This document shows, one piece after another, positions 25,372-34,222 of a DNA stretch of 64,000 nucleotides. Position numbers and translations under genes: made by a program. The DNA is taken from the IMG/VR virus record IMGVR_UViG_3300034072_002212, positions 30,417 through 94,416 of that record; one strand, given 5' to 3'. Numbering within the stretch: position 1 is the stretch's first letter; every line of letters starts with the position of its first letter. The notes beneath the pieces are model-generated. The model was not told the DNA's origin, ran no database searches, and was given only the letters and a program-made list of their open reading frames with translations. The stretch is from a virus. Taxonomy: Duplodnaviria; Heunggongvirae; Uroviricota; Caudoviricetes.

Positions 25372-27017
25372 TGGCGGATCGGCTTGGCCGGGACCTCCAC
25401 GATAGTGGGCTGGGGAACCAGCGTTCCGACCTGGCAGCTCACCAGCTGGATGTTGGTCACCAGGCGGGTGTTGGACGAGCTGTTGCCGAAGCCGCCCTGA
25501 CCCCAGTCACCGTTGCCCGAACCGCCACCGATTGCGATGTTGCCACCGCCCGAGATGCCGACCACAGTCGTGAACATCACGACCTGGTGCCCGAAGAGCT
25601 GGATCGAACCATCCGGGAGAACGACCCGACGGTAGTCCAGGATATTGCCCGACGCGTCGAGGAACGGAGCCAGGTCATACGTGAAGCCCTGATCGACCTT
25701 GCTGCGGGTGAAGATGCCCGAGCGGGTGCCGATGATCGGGGTGCGGATCACGCTCTGGAGTGGACCGCAAGCCAGGGTCTCCTTGATGATGTTGCCGATA
25801 GCAACATGCGAGGGCGGAGTTGCAGGCACGACCGGCGGGATGAAGATCACGCGCGAATTGTCCGTGTAGGACGACGAGCTGCGGTCGCTTGCATCGACCA
25901 TCGTGGTGTTGCCCTGGGCCGCATTGGTGCTGTTGTTGCCAGCATTGCTCTGCGTCGAACGGCTGTTGTTGCCGGCATTGCTCTGCGAGGTGTTGCCGGT
26001 GGTCAGAGCCGTGTTCTGCGAGTTGCGGTTGTCGGAGTTGCCCGAACCATTGTTGCTCGCCGAATTGCGGTTCTGATTGGCGCTCGAAGCGTCGACATTG
26101 TTGCGCTGGTCCGCGCTGTTGCGCTGATCGGCCGTGGTGTTGTTGGACACGTTGGTCCGCTGATCACCACCGGTCATGGACTGGTTGCCGCCGGTCAGCG
26201 TCTGGTCGCCACCGGTCACGCGGGTATCACCGCCGTAGATCGACGAGTCCACGCTCAGCTTGTTGCCCGAGCCATTGCCGTTGCCGACGTCACCGATTGC
26301 CTGGCCCATGGTGTTGCCACCCGAATTGGAGCCGCTGATCGACTTGGAATCGTTGTTGAAGTCGTTGCCCGAACCGTTGCCGTTGCCGCTGTTCGCACCA
26401 GCGCCGGCACCTGCGAGAAGACCCGCACCAGCACCTGCTCCGGCGCCCGCATACTGACCCGCATTCGCACCAGCGCCTGCGCCAGCATACTGGCCTGCGT
26501 TCTGGCCCGCATGGGTGCCCACGTTGCCGACGGTCGAGGACGAAGCCGAATTGCCCGAATGGCCGACCGAACCACCAGCTGCATTGCCGCCCTGACCGTA
26601 GCCTACGCCGAGGCCCAGACCGGTGCCGCCCGTAGCATGTCCGCCGGAAGCGTTCGAGTTGGCGCCTGCGTTCGAGTTGGAGTTGGCCGTGCCGCCGCCG
26701 CCACCCTGACCTCCGTGACCGGTTCCACCGGAACCACCATAGCCGGTCCCGCCGTTGCCACCGTAGCCAGTGCCACCGTGACCACCTGCTCCGCCCTGGC
26801 CGCCGTTACCACCATTGCCACCATTGTTGCCGGTGGAAGGAGTCGGCGTGGGCGTCGGCGAAGGGGTCGGTGTGCCGCAGCCGTTGGTCTGTTGGCCTAC
26901 GCCACAACCACCGTTGCCGCCACCATTGTTGCCGTTATTGCTACCCTTGTTCGTCGCAAGGGCTGGCGACGCGATCACGCTGAGCGCAACGGCCGCCAAA
27001 AGAAGACTGCGATTCAT
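25368..27017 (-). CDS. Secreted Gly/Asn/Ser/Ala-rich low-complexity protein with a structured C-terminal domain (549 aa)
   Basis: Signal peptide MNRSLLLAAVALSVIASPALA, a TPTPSPTPTPTPS linker, GGxGGxGY and AGQYAGAGAG repeats, and a ~150-aa non-repetitive C-terminus. Confidence 0.55.
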   Translation of the reverse strand: MNRSLLLAAVALSVIASPALATNKGSNNGNNGGGNGGCGVGQQTNGCGTPTPSPTPTPTPSTGNNGGNGGNGGQGGAGGHGGTGYGGNGGTGYGGSGGTGHGGQGGGGGTANSNSNAGANSNASGGHATGGTGLGLGVGYGQGGNAAGGSVGHSGNSASSSTVGNVGTHAGQNAGQYAGAGAGANAGQYAGAGAGAGAGLLAGAGAGANSGNGNGSGNDFNNDSKSISGSNSGGNTMGQAIGDVGNGNGSGNKLSVDSSIYGGDTRVTGGDQTLTGGNQSMTGGDQRTNVSNNTTADQRNSADQRNNVDASSANQNRNSASNNGSGNSDNRNSQNTALTTGNTSQSNAGNNSRSTQSNAGNNSTNAAQGNTTMVDASDRSSSSYTDNSRVIFIPPVVPATPPSHVAIGNIIKETLACGPLQSVIRTPIIGTRSGIFTRSKVDQGFTYDLAPFLDASGNILDYRRVVLPDGSIQLFGHQVVMFTTVVGISGGGNIAIGGGSGNGDWGQGGFGNSSSNTRLVTNIQLVSCQVGTLVPQPTIVEVPAKPIRQ

Positions 27018-27150
27018 AAACGATCCTTATCCTGTGTTCTGGACAGGAACGTCTATGGCTAATCCTAAACAGGATGTCAATGCCAGAGTGTCAGAATATT
27101 TGACACAAGAATGGGGAGAGGTTGCCCTCTCCCCATTCTCATTAGAAAGC

Positions 27151-27555
27151 TTAGACGCCAGCGTCTGGATCGACTGGTGGCTCTTCCTCTTCCTCTTCGG
27201 TGACTTCTGCGTCAACGATCTGGACAGTGCCAGTGGTCGCTGGAGCAAACTTCCAAGCAACGCGCGAGTCGTCTGCGAGGACCGCGGTGTGGCCCTTGAT
27301 GACCTTGACGTTCTGCTTGTCGCCGTCTACGTCAACGCTCTGAATGACCATTTCGCCTGCGAGCAGGTCCGCGTCAGCCTTGTCGACCAGGTAGCAAACG
27401 CCAGTTTCCGAACCAGCCTTGACGATGAAACGCTTGGTGCCAGTCTGCTTCACGATCTCCGCGGTAGCAACTGCGCCGGAACCGATCTTAGCGAGAACGA
27501 CGAAATGGTCGCCTGCACCGGTGCCGAAGAACTTCTTGTTTAGTGGACGTCCCAT
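27151..27555 (-). CDS. Hypothetical protein (134 aa) with acidic tail
   Basis: ATG preceded by TAGGAGAA and a CTAAATAGG late-promoter-like motif. Confidence 0.45.
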   Translation of the reverse strand: MGRPLNKKFFGTGAGDHFVVLAKIGSGAVATAEIVKQTGTKRFIVKAGSETGVCYLVDKADADLLAGEMVIQSVDVDGDKQNVKVIKGHTAVLADDSRVAWKFAPATTGTVQIVDAEVTEEEEEEPPVDPDAGV

Positions 27556-27582
27556 GGATGTTCTCCTAACTAGGGGTTTAGC

Positions 27583-27590
27583 CTATTTAG
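27583..27590 (-). promoter_or_regulatory. Late-promoter-like CTAAATAG motif
   Basis: 22 nt upstream of the ribosome-binding site of gene 27151..27555. Confidence 0.4.
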
Positions 27591-27613
27591 CGGATCTTGG
27601 GAAGAATTAACTG

Positions 27614-28057
27614 TTAGGGGATCGCCAGACGCAGAAACATCGCCCGTTTGGGCGCCTTGGAAAGCGGTTCGTCAATCATAGTGCCAATCTGCTCCAGCAG
27701 ACCAGGAATGCCTTCCATGAGACTAGGTTGCTTGCTCAGAAGATCCATAGCGTTTTGGCGAAGATCAAACCAGTAGTTGGCACCTGGCTTGCTATATTCA
27801 CCTGGGCCGACTTTCAGGGCATCAACATACGCCACGAAGTAGAACACCATCTTCTCTTGCTTGTGAAGCAAGCAAAGGTCTTTGAGCGTCTGGCCCAAGC
27901 GAGTGCAGCTACGGGTTAGTCTTCCCCGTTCATAGGGAGTGACCTGATTACAGTCCACGAATTCATTTTGCGTGGCATCTTTATGACTGCGGGAGACGTT
28001 GCGGACCACCCGTAGATGCTTGATCACATCCTTGTAGAGGTCCGCTACATCGCTCAC
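27614..28057 (-). CDS. Hypothetical protein (147 aa)
   Basis: ORF only. Confidence 0.45.
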   Translation of the reverse strand: MSDVADLYKDVIKHLRVVRNVSRSHKDATQNEFVDCNQVTPYERGRLTRSCTRLGQTLKDLCLLHKQEKMVFYFVAYVDALKVGPGEYSKPGANYWFDLRQNAMDLLSKQPSLMEGIPGLLEQIGTMIDEPLSKAPKRAMFLRLAIP

Positions 28058-28620
28058 GCGGTGGGCAACCCGTCCGGGCCGATGCCGATGATCTCACCGC
28101 CCACAAACTTGACCCGGCCTAGCTTGTCCGTGCCAGCTTGTGCCCAGCGCATCCACCAGATGTCCTCACGAACTTGCGTGACAATTTCACCTAGCCAGTT
28201 GGTGCCCTGCCAGGTGTTGCGGTCCTGGGCCAGGGGATCGTTGGACGCGAGGCCAATACCCCAGATCTTGTCCCACGGGCTTGCTTCGACCAGCGTGGTG
28301 CCTCGGGTACCCATCAGCCATTTCATCGCCTCGTGGTTCTGCGTGAACTTGGCAAAGTTGGCGCGGTAGACATACACCTTGGCATTGGCTTCCCAGATCG
28401 CCTTGTCGAAGTTCTGAACCGTGCGACCGGCGGCTTTCTGAATCTTGGGATTGTCGGTCCCCATGATGATTGCCAGCGCGGCCTGGTCGTCGAACAGGAT
28501 AGCCTTCTGAGCCATCATATACTGCTCGGCGCAGTTATACTTCACCCCGTCGAGAATGAACTCGCTGGGAGCCCACTGGCTTGCCCAGCCGCCATAGAAG
28601 AACGTGAACTGCTCAGCCAT
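28054..28620 (-). CDS. NADAR domain protein (YbiA-like, DUF1768)
   Basis: FFYGGWASQW...AEQYMMAQKA...FAKFTQNHEAMKWLMGTRGTTLVEASPWDKIWGIG aligns along the length of E. coli YbiA (FYS...SEHYFQAQKF...LVEHTENDAYWGDG). Confidence 0.7.
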   Translation of the reverse strand: MAEQFTFFYGGWASQWAPSEFILDGVKYNCAEQYMMAQKAILFDDQAALAIIMGTDNPKIQKAAGRTVQNFDKAIWEANAKVYVYRANFAKFTQNHEAMKWLMGTRGTTLVEASPWDKIWGIGLASNDPLAQDRNTWQGTNWLGEIVTQVREDIWWMRWAQAGTDKLGRVKFVGGEIIGIGPDGLPTA

Positions 28621-29095
28621 TGGGGCACCATCCCTTGCGCGCGCCGCCCACGTAGGGTCGTGCGTAGCTTTGCATGATCAGGTCCTGCGCGAGGTTCCGA
28701 CCGTTGACGTAGACGTCTGCGTCCACGCGCCCGCCATACTTGTCCCATTTGAGATTGGTCAGGGTGACCTTGTTACCAGCCAGCCTGATCATGCGGGTTG
28801 TGTAGAGCTTGGCACCGGCAGCGTTGCGCTTCTCGAACTCGCACTTGCCGCGCATCTCAGGGGTGTCCACTCCACGCACCCGAACGCCAATGCGGCTCAA
28901 CTCGGGCGGCAGGCCATCCATGCGGATGTAGAAGGTGTCTCCATCATAGATATCCACTACATCGTAGGTATAGGAACGAGAAGTCTGGGCTTGTGCCTCA
29001 TAGTGGCAAGCCCCGAGGCTTAGGGCCGCTGCGGCCAGGAGAGTGGATAGAATCTTCATGTCCATATCGCTATAGGATAGGTGACCGGTTGTCAA
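28613..29095 (-). CDS. Secreted staphylococcal-nuclease (thermonuclease) family lipoprotein
   Basis: Lipobox LSLGAC. DGDTFYI...VRVRGVDTPE...DKYGGRVDADVYVNGRNLAQDL matches SNase catalytic motifs. Confidence 0.7.
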   Translation of the reverse strand: MTTGHLSYSDMDMKILSTLLAAAALSLGACHYEAQAQTSRSYTYDVVDIYDGDTFYIRMDGLPPELSRIGVRVRGVDTPEMRGKCEFEKRNAAGAKLYTTRMIRLAGNKVTLTNLKWDKYGGRVDADVYVNGRNLAQDLIMQSYARPYVGGARKGWCPNG

Positions 29096-29137
29096 CCAGT
29101 CATGGAAAAGGCCCCGGTTTCCCGAGGCCTTTCCAGT

Positions 29138-30343
29138 TTAGCGAGCTGCCAGCTGAGCCTGCCGGTTGGCTGCGCTGAGCAGCGTTTCCTTGAGCTTCTG
29201 CTCGGCGCCCTGGAGCGCCACTTCGGCCGCAGCGCGCTTGGCCTTGCCCTGCTCCGCGAGGTCGATGCTCTCGTTGATCGTCGAGATCAGGTATTCGTTG
29301 GCCTCGACCGCCGCCTCGACGTCGAAGATACCACGCTCCATTTCCGTCCGGGTGATCCGGTTGGTCTCGTTGATCTGCTTCGCGCTGGCGACCAGCAGTT
29401 CGTTGGTGAAGTCGGTCGCGGCCTTGCTGGCCTTGCCGGCTTCCGCCGCGCGCCATGCGGCGATCTGAACCGCCATCGTGCGCTTCCAGAGGGGAACGGC
29501 CGTCAGGATCTGCGTCTGGATCTTCTCGGCCATGCCCTTGTCGTTGGCCTGGACGATGCGGATGCTGGGCAGCGCCTGGATGGTCACGTTGCGGGTCAGC
29601 AGCAGGTCAGCGCGCTTGCGCTCCAGCGAATCGCGCGCTTCGATCATGTCGCGCACTTCCTGGGTGTCGGCCATGTCCTGCGTCTCGTTGGCCTTTGCCT
29701 GGAGCCGCGGGATCTCGACGGTGTTGACCTCGTTGAGCAGCCACTCGACCGCCGCGATCTGCTCGTCGAGCGAATCCAGCAGGCCCAGCGTGGCCTCGTA
29801 TTGCTTGTCCAGCGCAACGATGTCCTTGAGCATCTGAACGCGATGACCCTCGAGCACGTTGGTCGACTTGATGATCTGCGCTTCGACCGTCTGATACTTG
29901 TCCAGGAACTTCTGGAGAACCGACGCGCCGCCGAACAGCTTCTTCAGGAAGCCAGGCTTCTTGCCCGCTGCCAGCTCACCAAAGTCCAGACCCTTCATGT
30001 CGCGCACCATCAGATTCAGCGCATCGCCGGCCGGACCCGTGTCCTTGGTGCGGACTCCCTGAAGCATCTGCTCCGAGACCTGAGTGGTCGCCTTCTGAGC
30101 TTCGACGCCGAAGGTGATGATCGACTGGCTGTCCTTGAGGTTGATCTTGCTGGCGAGCTCCTTGGCGCGCTCCGGCGAGATCTTGCGCGGCGCGCGTCCG
30201 GCGGCATTGTTGAGCGAGACGATTTCCTGCGAGCCGATCTCCGGCACGATCAGGGCATTGTCCGCCTGTGGGGTCGGGAGGAGTTCGCCGGTCAGAGACG
30301 GGGTTGCCGTCGCCGTGCCGACCTTGGTAGGATCAGTCGCCAT
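29138..30343 (-). CDS. TelA-like (toxic anion resistance / KlaB family) protein
   Basis: 401 aa, helical throughout, with a TelA-like organisation. An XpaC-like gene is adjacent, as in the Bacillus yaaN–xpaC operon. Confidence 0.55.
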   Translation of the reverse strand: MATDPTKVGTATATPSLTGELLPTPQADNALIVPEIGSQEIVSLNNAAGRAPRKISPERAKELASKINLKDSQSIITFGVEAQKATTQVSEQMLQGVRTKDTGPAGDALNLMVRDMKGLDFGELAAGKKPGFLKKLFGGASVLQKFLDKYQTVEAQIIKSTNVLEGHRVQMLKDIVALDKQYEATLGLLDSLDEQIAAVEWLLNEVNTVEIPRLQAKANETQDMADTQEVRDMIEARDSLERKRADLLLTRNVTIQALPSIRIVQANDKGMAEKIQTQILTAVPLWKRTMAVQIAAWRAAEAGKASKAATDFTNELLVASAKQINETNRITRTEMERGIFDVEAAVEANEYLISTINESIDLAEQGKAKRAAAEVALQGAEQKLKETLLSAANRQAQLAAR

Positions 30344-30348
30344 AGTGT

Positions 30349-31008
30349 TCAGATTCCCTCGTTCTGGAGACGGTTGTTCATGACCGTCATGTTCACGTCA
30401 AAATCCATGACGTCGTTGGACAGAAGCTTGTCGAGCAGCTTCTGAAAGTTGATCTCGATGGTGTCGAGCATTTCGTCGAACTTGGCCATCTGCTTCTGCG
30501 CCTCGAGGCTGCGCGAACCAGTGCGGCTCAAATGCGCGTAACCCTTGACCAGCGTGATAGTCTCGTCCAGGTAGCTGTTGAGCCAGCTCTGTGCAAGGAC
30601 CACGTCCTTGGGGTCGACGTGGAAGTCTTCGATGATCTTGCGACCGATGGCATCAATGTGCTTGATGCGCCGAACCGTGTTGGGGCTCTTGATCTGGGCG
30701 GCTTCCATGAGGATGCGGTCCAGCTTGTCGCTGCCCATCTTGATTGCTTCGACGACCAGCTTGGTGTCAACACCCGAGGTGCCGGCCGCGATGTCGTCGA
30801 TATGCTTGTGAAGAGCGCGGATGTCGTCAGCCGTTACGGGCTTGCGACCAGGCCAGAAATACCAGATGCCCGATCCTGTGAGTAGCGCCAGCGGCGCGCT
30901 GATCAGGATATCACCGATGAAGCCCGTGGGCAGAGCGGCCATGCCGCCGATGAAAACACAAGCGGCTCCTCCCAGCGCAGCCGCCTTACTCACTAGACTA
31001 TTTGCCAT
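30349..31008 (-). CDS. XpaC-like membrane protein (tentative)
   Basis: N-terminal TM segments followed by a helical cytoplasmic domain. Positioned next to TelA as in the Bacillus yaaN–xpaC pair. Confidence 0.35.
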   Translation of the reverse strand: MANSLVSKAAALGGAACVFIGGMAALPTGFIGDILISAPLALLTGSGIWYFWPGRKPVTADDIRALHKHIDDIAAGTSGVDTKLVVEAIKMGSDKLDRILMEAAQIKSPNTVRRIKHIDAIGRKIIEDFHVDPKDVVLAQSWLNSYLDETITLVKGYAHLSRTGSRSLEAQKQMAKFDEMLDTIEINFQKLLDKLLSNDVMDFDVNMTVMNNRLQNEGI

Positions 31009-31129
31009 TGCTACCTCGTTGTTACAGAGCTCTGTATAGTCCTAATTGGACATCTGTCTACCACTCATTTGTTCAGAAAGGAAGGGCCACGGTTTCCCGC
31101 AGCCCTTCCCCTACGAAGCCCAGTGAGGG

Positions 31130-32869
31130 TTATTCAGCGTCGGGATGAATCCCTGCCAGCCGCTGAAGTTCCTCACGCTCGTCGGCCGGGAGAGGCTCGT
31201 CGCGCACCCGGCGGGGCTTGGGGGCCGGAACCGCCTTGGCCACCGGCGCATCACCGTTGCCGGTGATCGGAGCCGAAAGACCATCGACCACACCCGACAT
31301 GCCCTTGCTCAGGTCAATGCCAAGTTCCTTGGCCAGCTCGTCCACGAAGGGAGCCTGGAGCCGGTAGCCCAGCAGAGCGTCAGTCATCTGGCCGGGCAGA
31401 CCGTTACCGCCGTTTCCCGAGGTCTCGCCCTCCTCACCGCCGAAGGTGCGACCGCCACCGATGCCGCCGTTCATGTGAACAACGCGGAAGCTGTCAATCT
31501 TCTCGATGGGCTTGCCCATCTGCTCGAGGATCTCAGGCAGCTTGTCGATGAGCTTGAGGCGGATCTGCAGCGCAGCCTGCTCAGGGCTCATGAGGTTCGC
31601 AGCTTCGTTCAGCGCCCGCTGACCCTCGGCCTCAACCTCGTAACGACGTGCGTCTGCCTCGACTAGGCGCTCCTTGGCCTTGGCGCTGGCGTCAGCTGCC
31701 GCGAGCTCAGCTTCCGCACGGATGCGGATACCAGCGGCCTCTTCCTGTGCCTTGGTCTCGGCCGCGATGACCGCAACCTTCTGGTCACGCTGGGCGCGCG
31801 CTTCGGCCTCAACGGTCTTCACCGCTTCAGCAGCCGCGACCGCAGTCGCGCGGGCTTCGTCAGCCTTGGCACGAGCAGTCGACTCTTCCTCGGACTTCTG
31901 GGCGACCGCAATGCGCGATGCCTGTGCCGCAATCTCGAGAGCCTGTGCGGCCTCGGTCTCTGCGACCTGAATCCGGCGCTTCTGCTCGACACGCGCTGCC
32001 TCGGTGGCCTGGTTGGCCTCGATTTCAGCGATGTCAGCTTCGCGAGTGCGCTCAGCGCGGATCTTCGCAAGACTAGCAGCCTGCTCGGCGCGCTGGGTCT
32101 CGACCTGACGCTCCTGCTCCAGGGTTGCGAATTCGTCCTGCTGCTTGATTTCGAGCGAACGCTTGTTCGCCTCGAAGTTCTTCTGCTCGATGGCGACGCG
32201 GTTGTCGGCCTCGATTTCGTTGCGCTCCTTGCGGCGGGTCTCGGTCACGCTCGTGAGCTTAGCCAGACCTTCAGCGTCGAACGCATTGTTGGGGTTGAAG
32301 TGCTCGACCGACGTCTGGTCCAGACCGGTCAGCGAGACCGATTCCAGTTCCAGACCGTTCTTCTTCAGGTCTTCAGCCGCTGTGGTCTGGACCTGCTTCA
32401 CGAAGTCGGCCCGCTTCTCATGAAGGTCCTGCATGTCCATGCCCGCCGCAACAGCGCGCAGAACGTCGACGAACTTGCCTTCAATCAGCTCAGCGAGCTG
32501 CTGGGGGTTGGTCGTCCGCTTACCCAGGGTCTGCGCCGCTGCCGCGATGCTTTCCAGATCCGGCGACACACGAACGTAGAACTCAGCCTTCACGTCAACG
32601 CGCAGGCGGTCCTTGGTGATCAGCGAGTCCTTGGCCTTGCGATCGACGGTGAGGCGCAGGGTCTGCATATTGATGTCCACAGTCTCGTGGAACACCGGCA
32701 GAATCAGAGCACCGCCGTCCTTGACGACCTTCTGACCGCCCATACCCGTGCGGACGAATGCCATTTCCTTGGACGCTCGCTTATAAAGCTGCGTCATGAA
32801 GAAGACAATCACACCAAGGACGACAACCGCCCCCAGGATGATCGCCCCAATAAAGGTGAGATTATCCAA
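31130..32869 (-). CDS. Flotillin / band-7 (SPFH) protein, YqiK-like
   Basis: N-terminal TM, SPFH core (ILPVFHETVDINMQTLRLTVD...) and a very long A/E/K/R coiled coil. 579 aa. Confidence 0.75.
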   Translation of the reverse strand: MDNLTFIGAIILGAVVVLGVIVFFMTQLYKRASKEMAFVRTGMGGQKVVKDGGALILPVFHETVDINMQTLRLTVDRKAKDSLITKDRLRVDVKAEFYVRVSPDLESIAAAAQTLGKRTTNPQQLAELIEGKFVDVLRAVAAGMDMQDLHEKRADFVKQVQTTAAEDLKKNGLELESVSLTGLDQTSVEHFNPNNAFDAEGLAKLTSVTETRRKERNEIEADNRVAIEQKNFEANKRSLEIKQQDEFATLEQERQVETQRAEQAASLAKIRAERTREADIAEIEANQATEAARVEQKRRIQVAETEAAQALEIAAQASRIAVAQKSEEESTARAKADEARATAVAAAEAVKTVEAEARAQRDQKVAVIAAETKAQEEAAGIRIRAEAELAAADASAKAKERLVEADARRYEVEAEGQRALNEAANLMSPEQAALQIRLKLIDKLPEILEQMGKPIEKIDSFRVVHMNGGIGGGRTFGGEEGETSGNGGNGLPGQMTDALLGYRLQAPFVDELAKELGIDLSKGMSGVVDGLSAPITGNGDAPVAKAVPAPKPRRVRDEPLPADEREELQRLAGIHPDAE

Positions 32870-32891
32870 CTACTTTCTCCTGGTGATCTGT

Positions 32892-33551
32892 TTAGATCTT
32901 GCGAACGATGAATGCGTAAGCGCGTTCTCGGTGTGGACCGATTAGCACCACCTGTGAACCATTTGCAATACTTTCTTCTCCCTCCCCACAAACCATTACT
33001 GTGTGATCGGTTCCATGCGCGTCAGTAAAGCGCGCCATGCCAAAGTCCTCGCGGGCAATTGGACCAACAGTCACAACGCCGGCAGAACCCGTGAGACTCT
33101 CGAGGCTAACGGCATTCGACTCATCCTTGGGAAGGACGGGAGCGAGCCCCAGAGAACACAAACGAACGGTTGGAAGGGTGAGAGCGAGCACGATGGGCGC
33201 ACCAAAGAGCGCAGGCGCTAGGGAGCCCGTCAGTCCATCATAGATCCACTGAGCACTGTAGCCCAGGAGAGCAAAGCTGCCGCAGAATAGCGTGAGGAAG
33301 ATTGTGCTGGGCACATGGCCGGGATTGGCCCAACCGATGATACCAGCATGGCCGATTTCCAGATGATCTGGAATGCCGTTGCCGTTGAGGTCTAGGCTAA
33401 AATCAGCATGGCCATGGAGGGCATCAAAGCCAGCGCCCAGCGCCATTCCAATGATGCCGAAGAGGAGAAGGGCGAGAACCACACATCCTGAAATTAGGTA
33501 TGGGAGGTTGGGCCCGGCTGTAAGGAAATCCATGAGGCTCATAAGCCCCAC
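32892..33551 (-). CDS. NfeD/YqiJ-like membrane protein, partner of the flotillin gene
   Basis: Multiple TM helices plus a C-terminal OB-fold-like segment (GSAGVVTVGPIAR...ARFTDAHGTDHTVMV...GSQVVLIG). Lies immediately upstream of the flotillin gene. Confidence 0.55.
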   Translation of the reverse strand: MGLMSLMDFLTAGPNLPYLISGCVVLALLLFGIIGMALGAGFDALHGHADFSLDLNGNGIPDHLEIGHAGIIGWANPGHVPSTIFLTLFCGSFALLGYSAQWIYDGLTGSLAPALFGAPIVLALTLPTVRLCSLGLAPVLPKDESNAVSLESLTGSAGVVTVGPIAREDFGMARFTDAHGTDHTVMVCGEGEESIANGSQVVLIGPHRERAYAFIVRKI

Positions 33552-33588
33552 ATACAGGACTAGGAAGCCCTATGTCAAATGTATTGGA

Positions 33589-33891
33589 TCACTTTTCCTT
33601 GGGCTTTGATGCGTCTGCCAAACGAGCAAGGACCTGACCGTGGCAAGGAGCAGGGTGGCACCAGCAACCGAGGCGCTTTCCCTTGAGTTCGTGTAATGCT
33701 TCCATAAGGTGCTTTTGGTCCACGATCCATTCGGCAAATTGCTGAATGCATTCCTCGCGGGTGCCATCTTTACCAACTACGAAAGGATTGCCCCACTTGG
33801 TCTTGCGGTCAATACGAACGTCGTAGTGATCCTCTTTGAGGTTCACCACAGTGGTTCCAGGTGGGGGCCAGTGGAATAGATCGTCTGCCAT
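33589..33891 (-). CDS. Small Cys-rich protein (DUF4326-like, tentative)
   Basis: GNPF...LGCWCHPAPCHGQVL motif. The longer track ORF (to 34023) runs into the tRNA; an internal ATG at 33891 is proposed. Confidence 0.35.
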   Translation of the reverse strand: MADDLFHWPPPGTTVVNLKEDHYDVRIDRKTKWGNPFVVGKDGTREECIQQFAEWIVDQKHLMEALHELKGKRLGCWCHPAPCHGQVLARLADASKPKEK

Positions 33892-34103
33892 CGATCTACT
33901 TATCGGGCAGAACTTGCGGATGGGGGCTAGGCAGCTTGCGACCAATCCTAGCCCCCTACGTCCTGCAAAGAGGGGTAAGCACGACGCCTTCCACCGTTGT
34001 AAAGAACAATACGACGAAAGCAAGAGCTTTTGCGATGAGTTGTACTTTCACGTAGCCCCAGAACTCATGGAAACGGGTGGCAATCGGCCACCCGTTCGTC
34101 CTA

Positions 34104-34178
34104 TGGTGCTGTTGGGGAGGATTGAACTCCCGACTTCCTCATTACCAATGAGGTACTCTACCACTGAGTTACAACAGC
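34104..34178 (-). tRNA. tRNA-Thr (anticodon GGU), 75 nt with encoded CCA
   Basis: Folded by hand: acceptor GCTGTTG/CAACAGC, D-arm ACTC-AGTGGTA-GAGT, anticodon arm CCTCA-TTGGTAA-TGAGG, T-arm GGGAG-TTCAATC-CTCCC, discriminator A, CCA. Confidence 0.75.
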
Positions 34179-34194
34179 ATTGTGTTGTGCTCTC

Positions 34195-34222
34195 TGTATA
34201 GCACCAACACGCCTATTTATCA
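34195..34222 (-). promoter_or_regulatory. Sigma70-like promoter TTGATA-N16-TATACA upstream of tRNA-Thr
   Basis: -10 at 34200-34195 and -35 at 34222-34217 on the minus strand. Predicted start about 10 nt before the tRNA 5' end. Confidence 0.4.

Noticed and set aside
25587-27062. 491-aa plus-strand ORF (and nested ORFs 25889..26338, 26255..26584, 26603..26824) opposite the Gly-rich gene
   Set aside because: Arg/Ala-rich antisense translation of a GC-rich low-complexity coding region. The minus-strand gene has a signal peptide and sensible domain structure.
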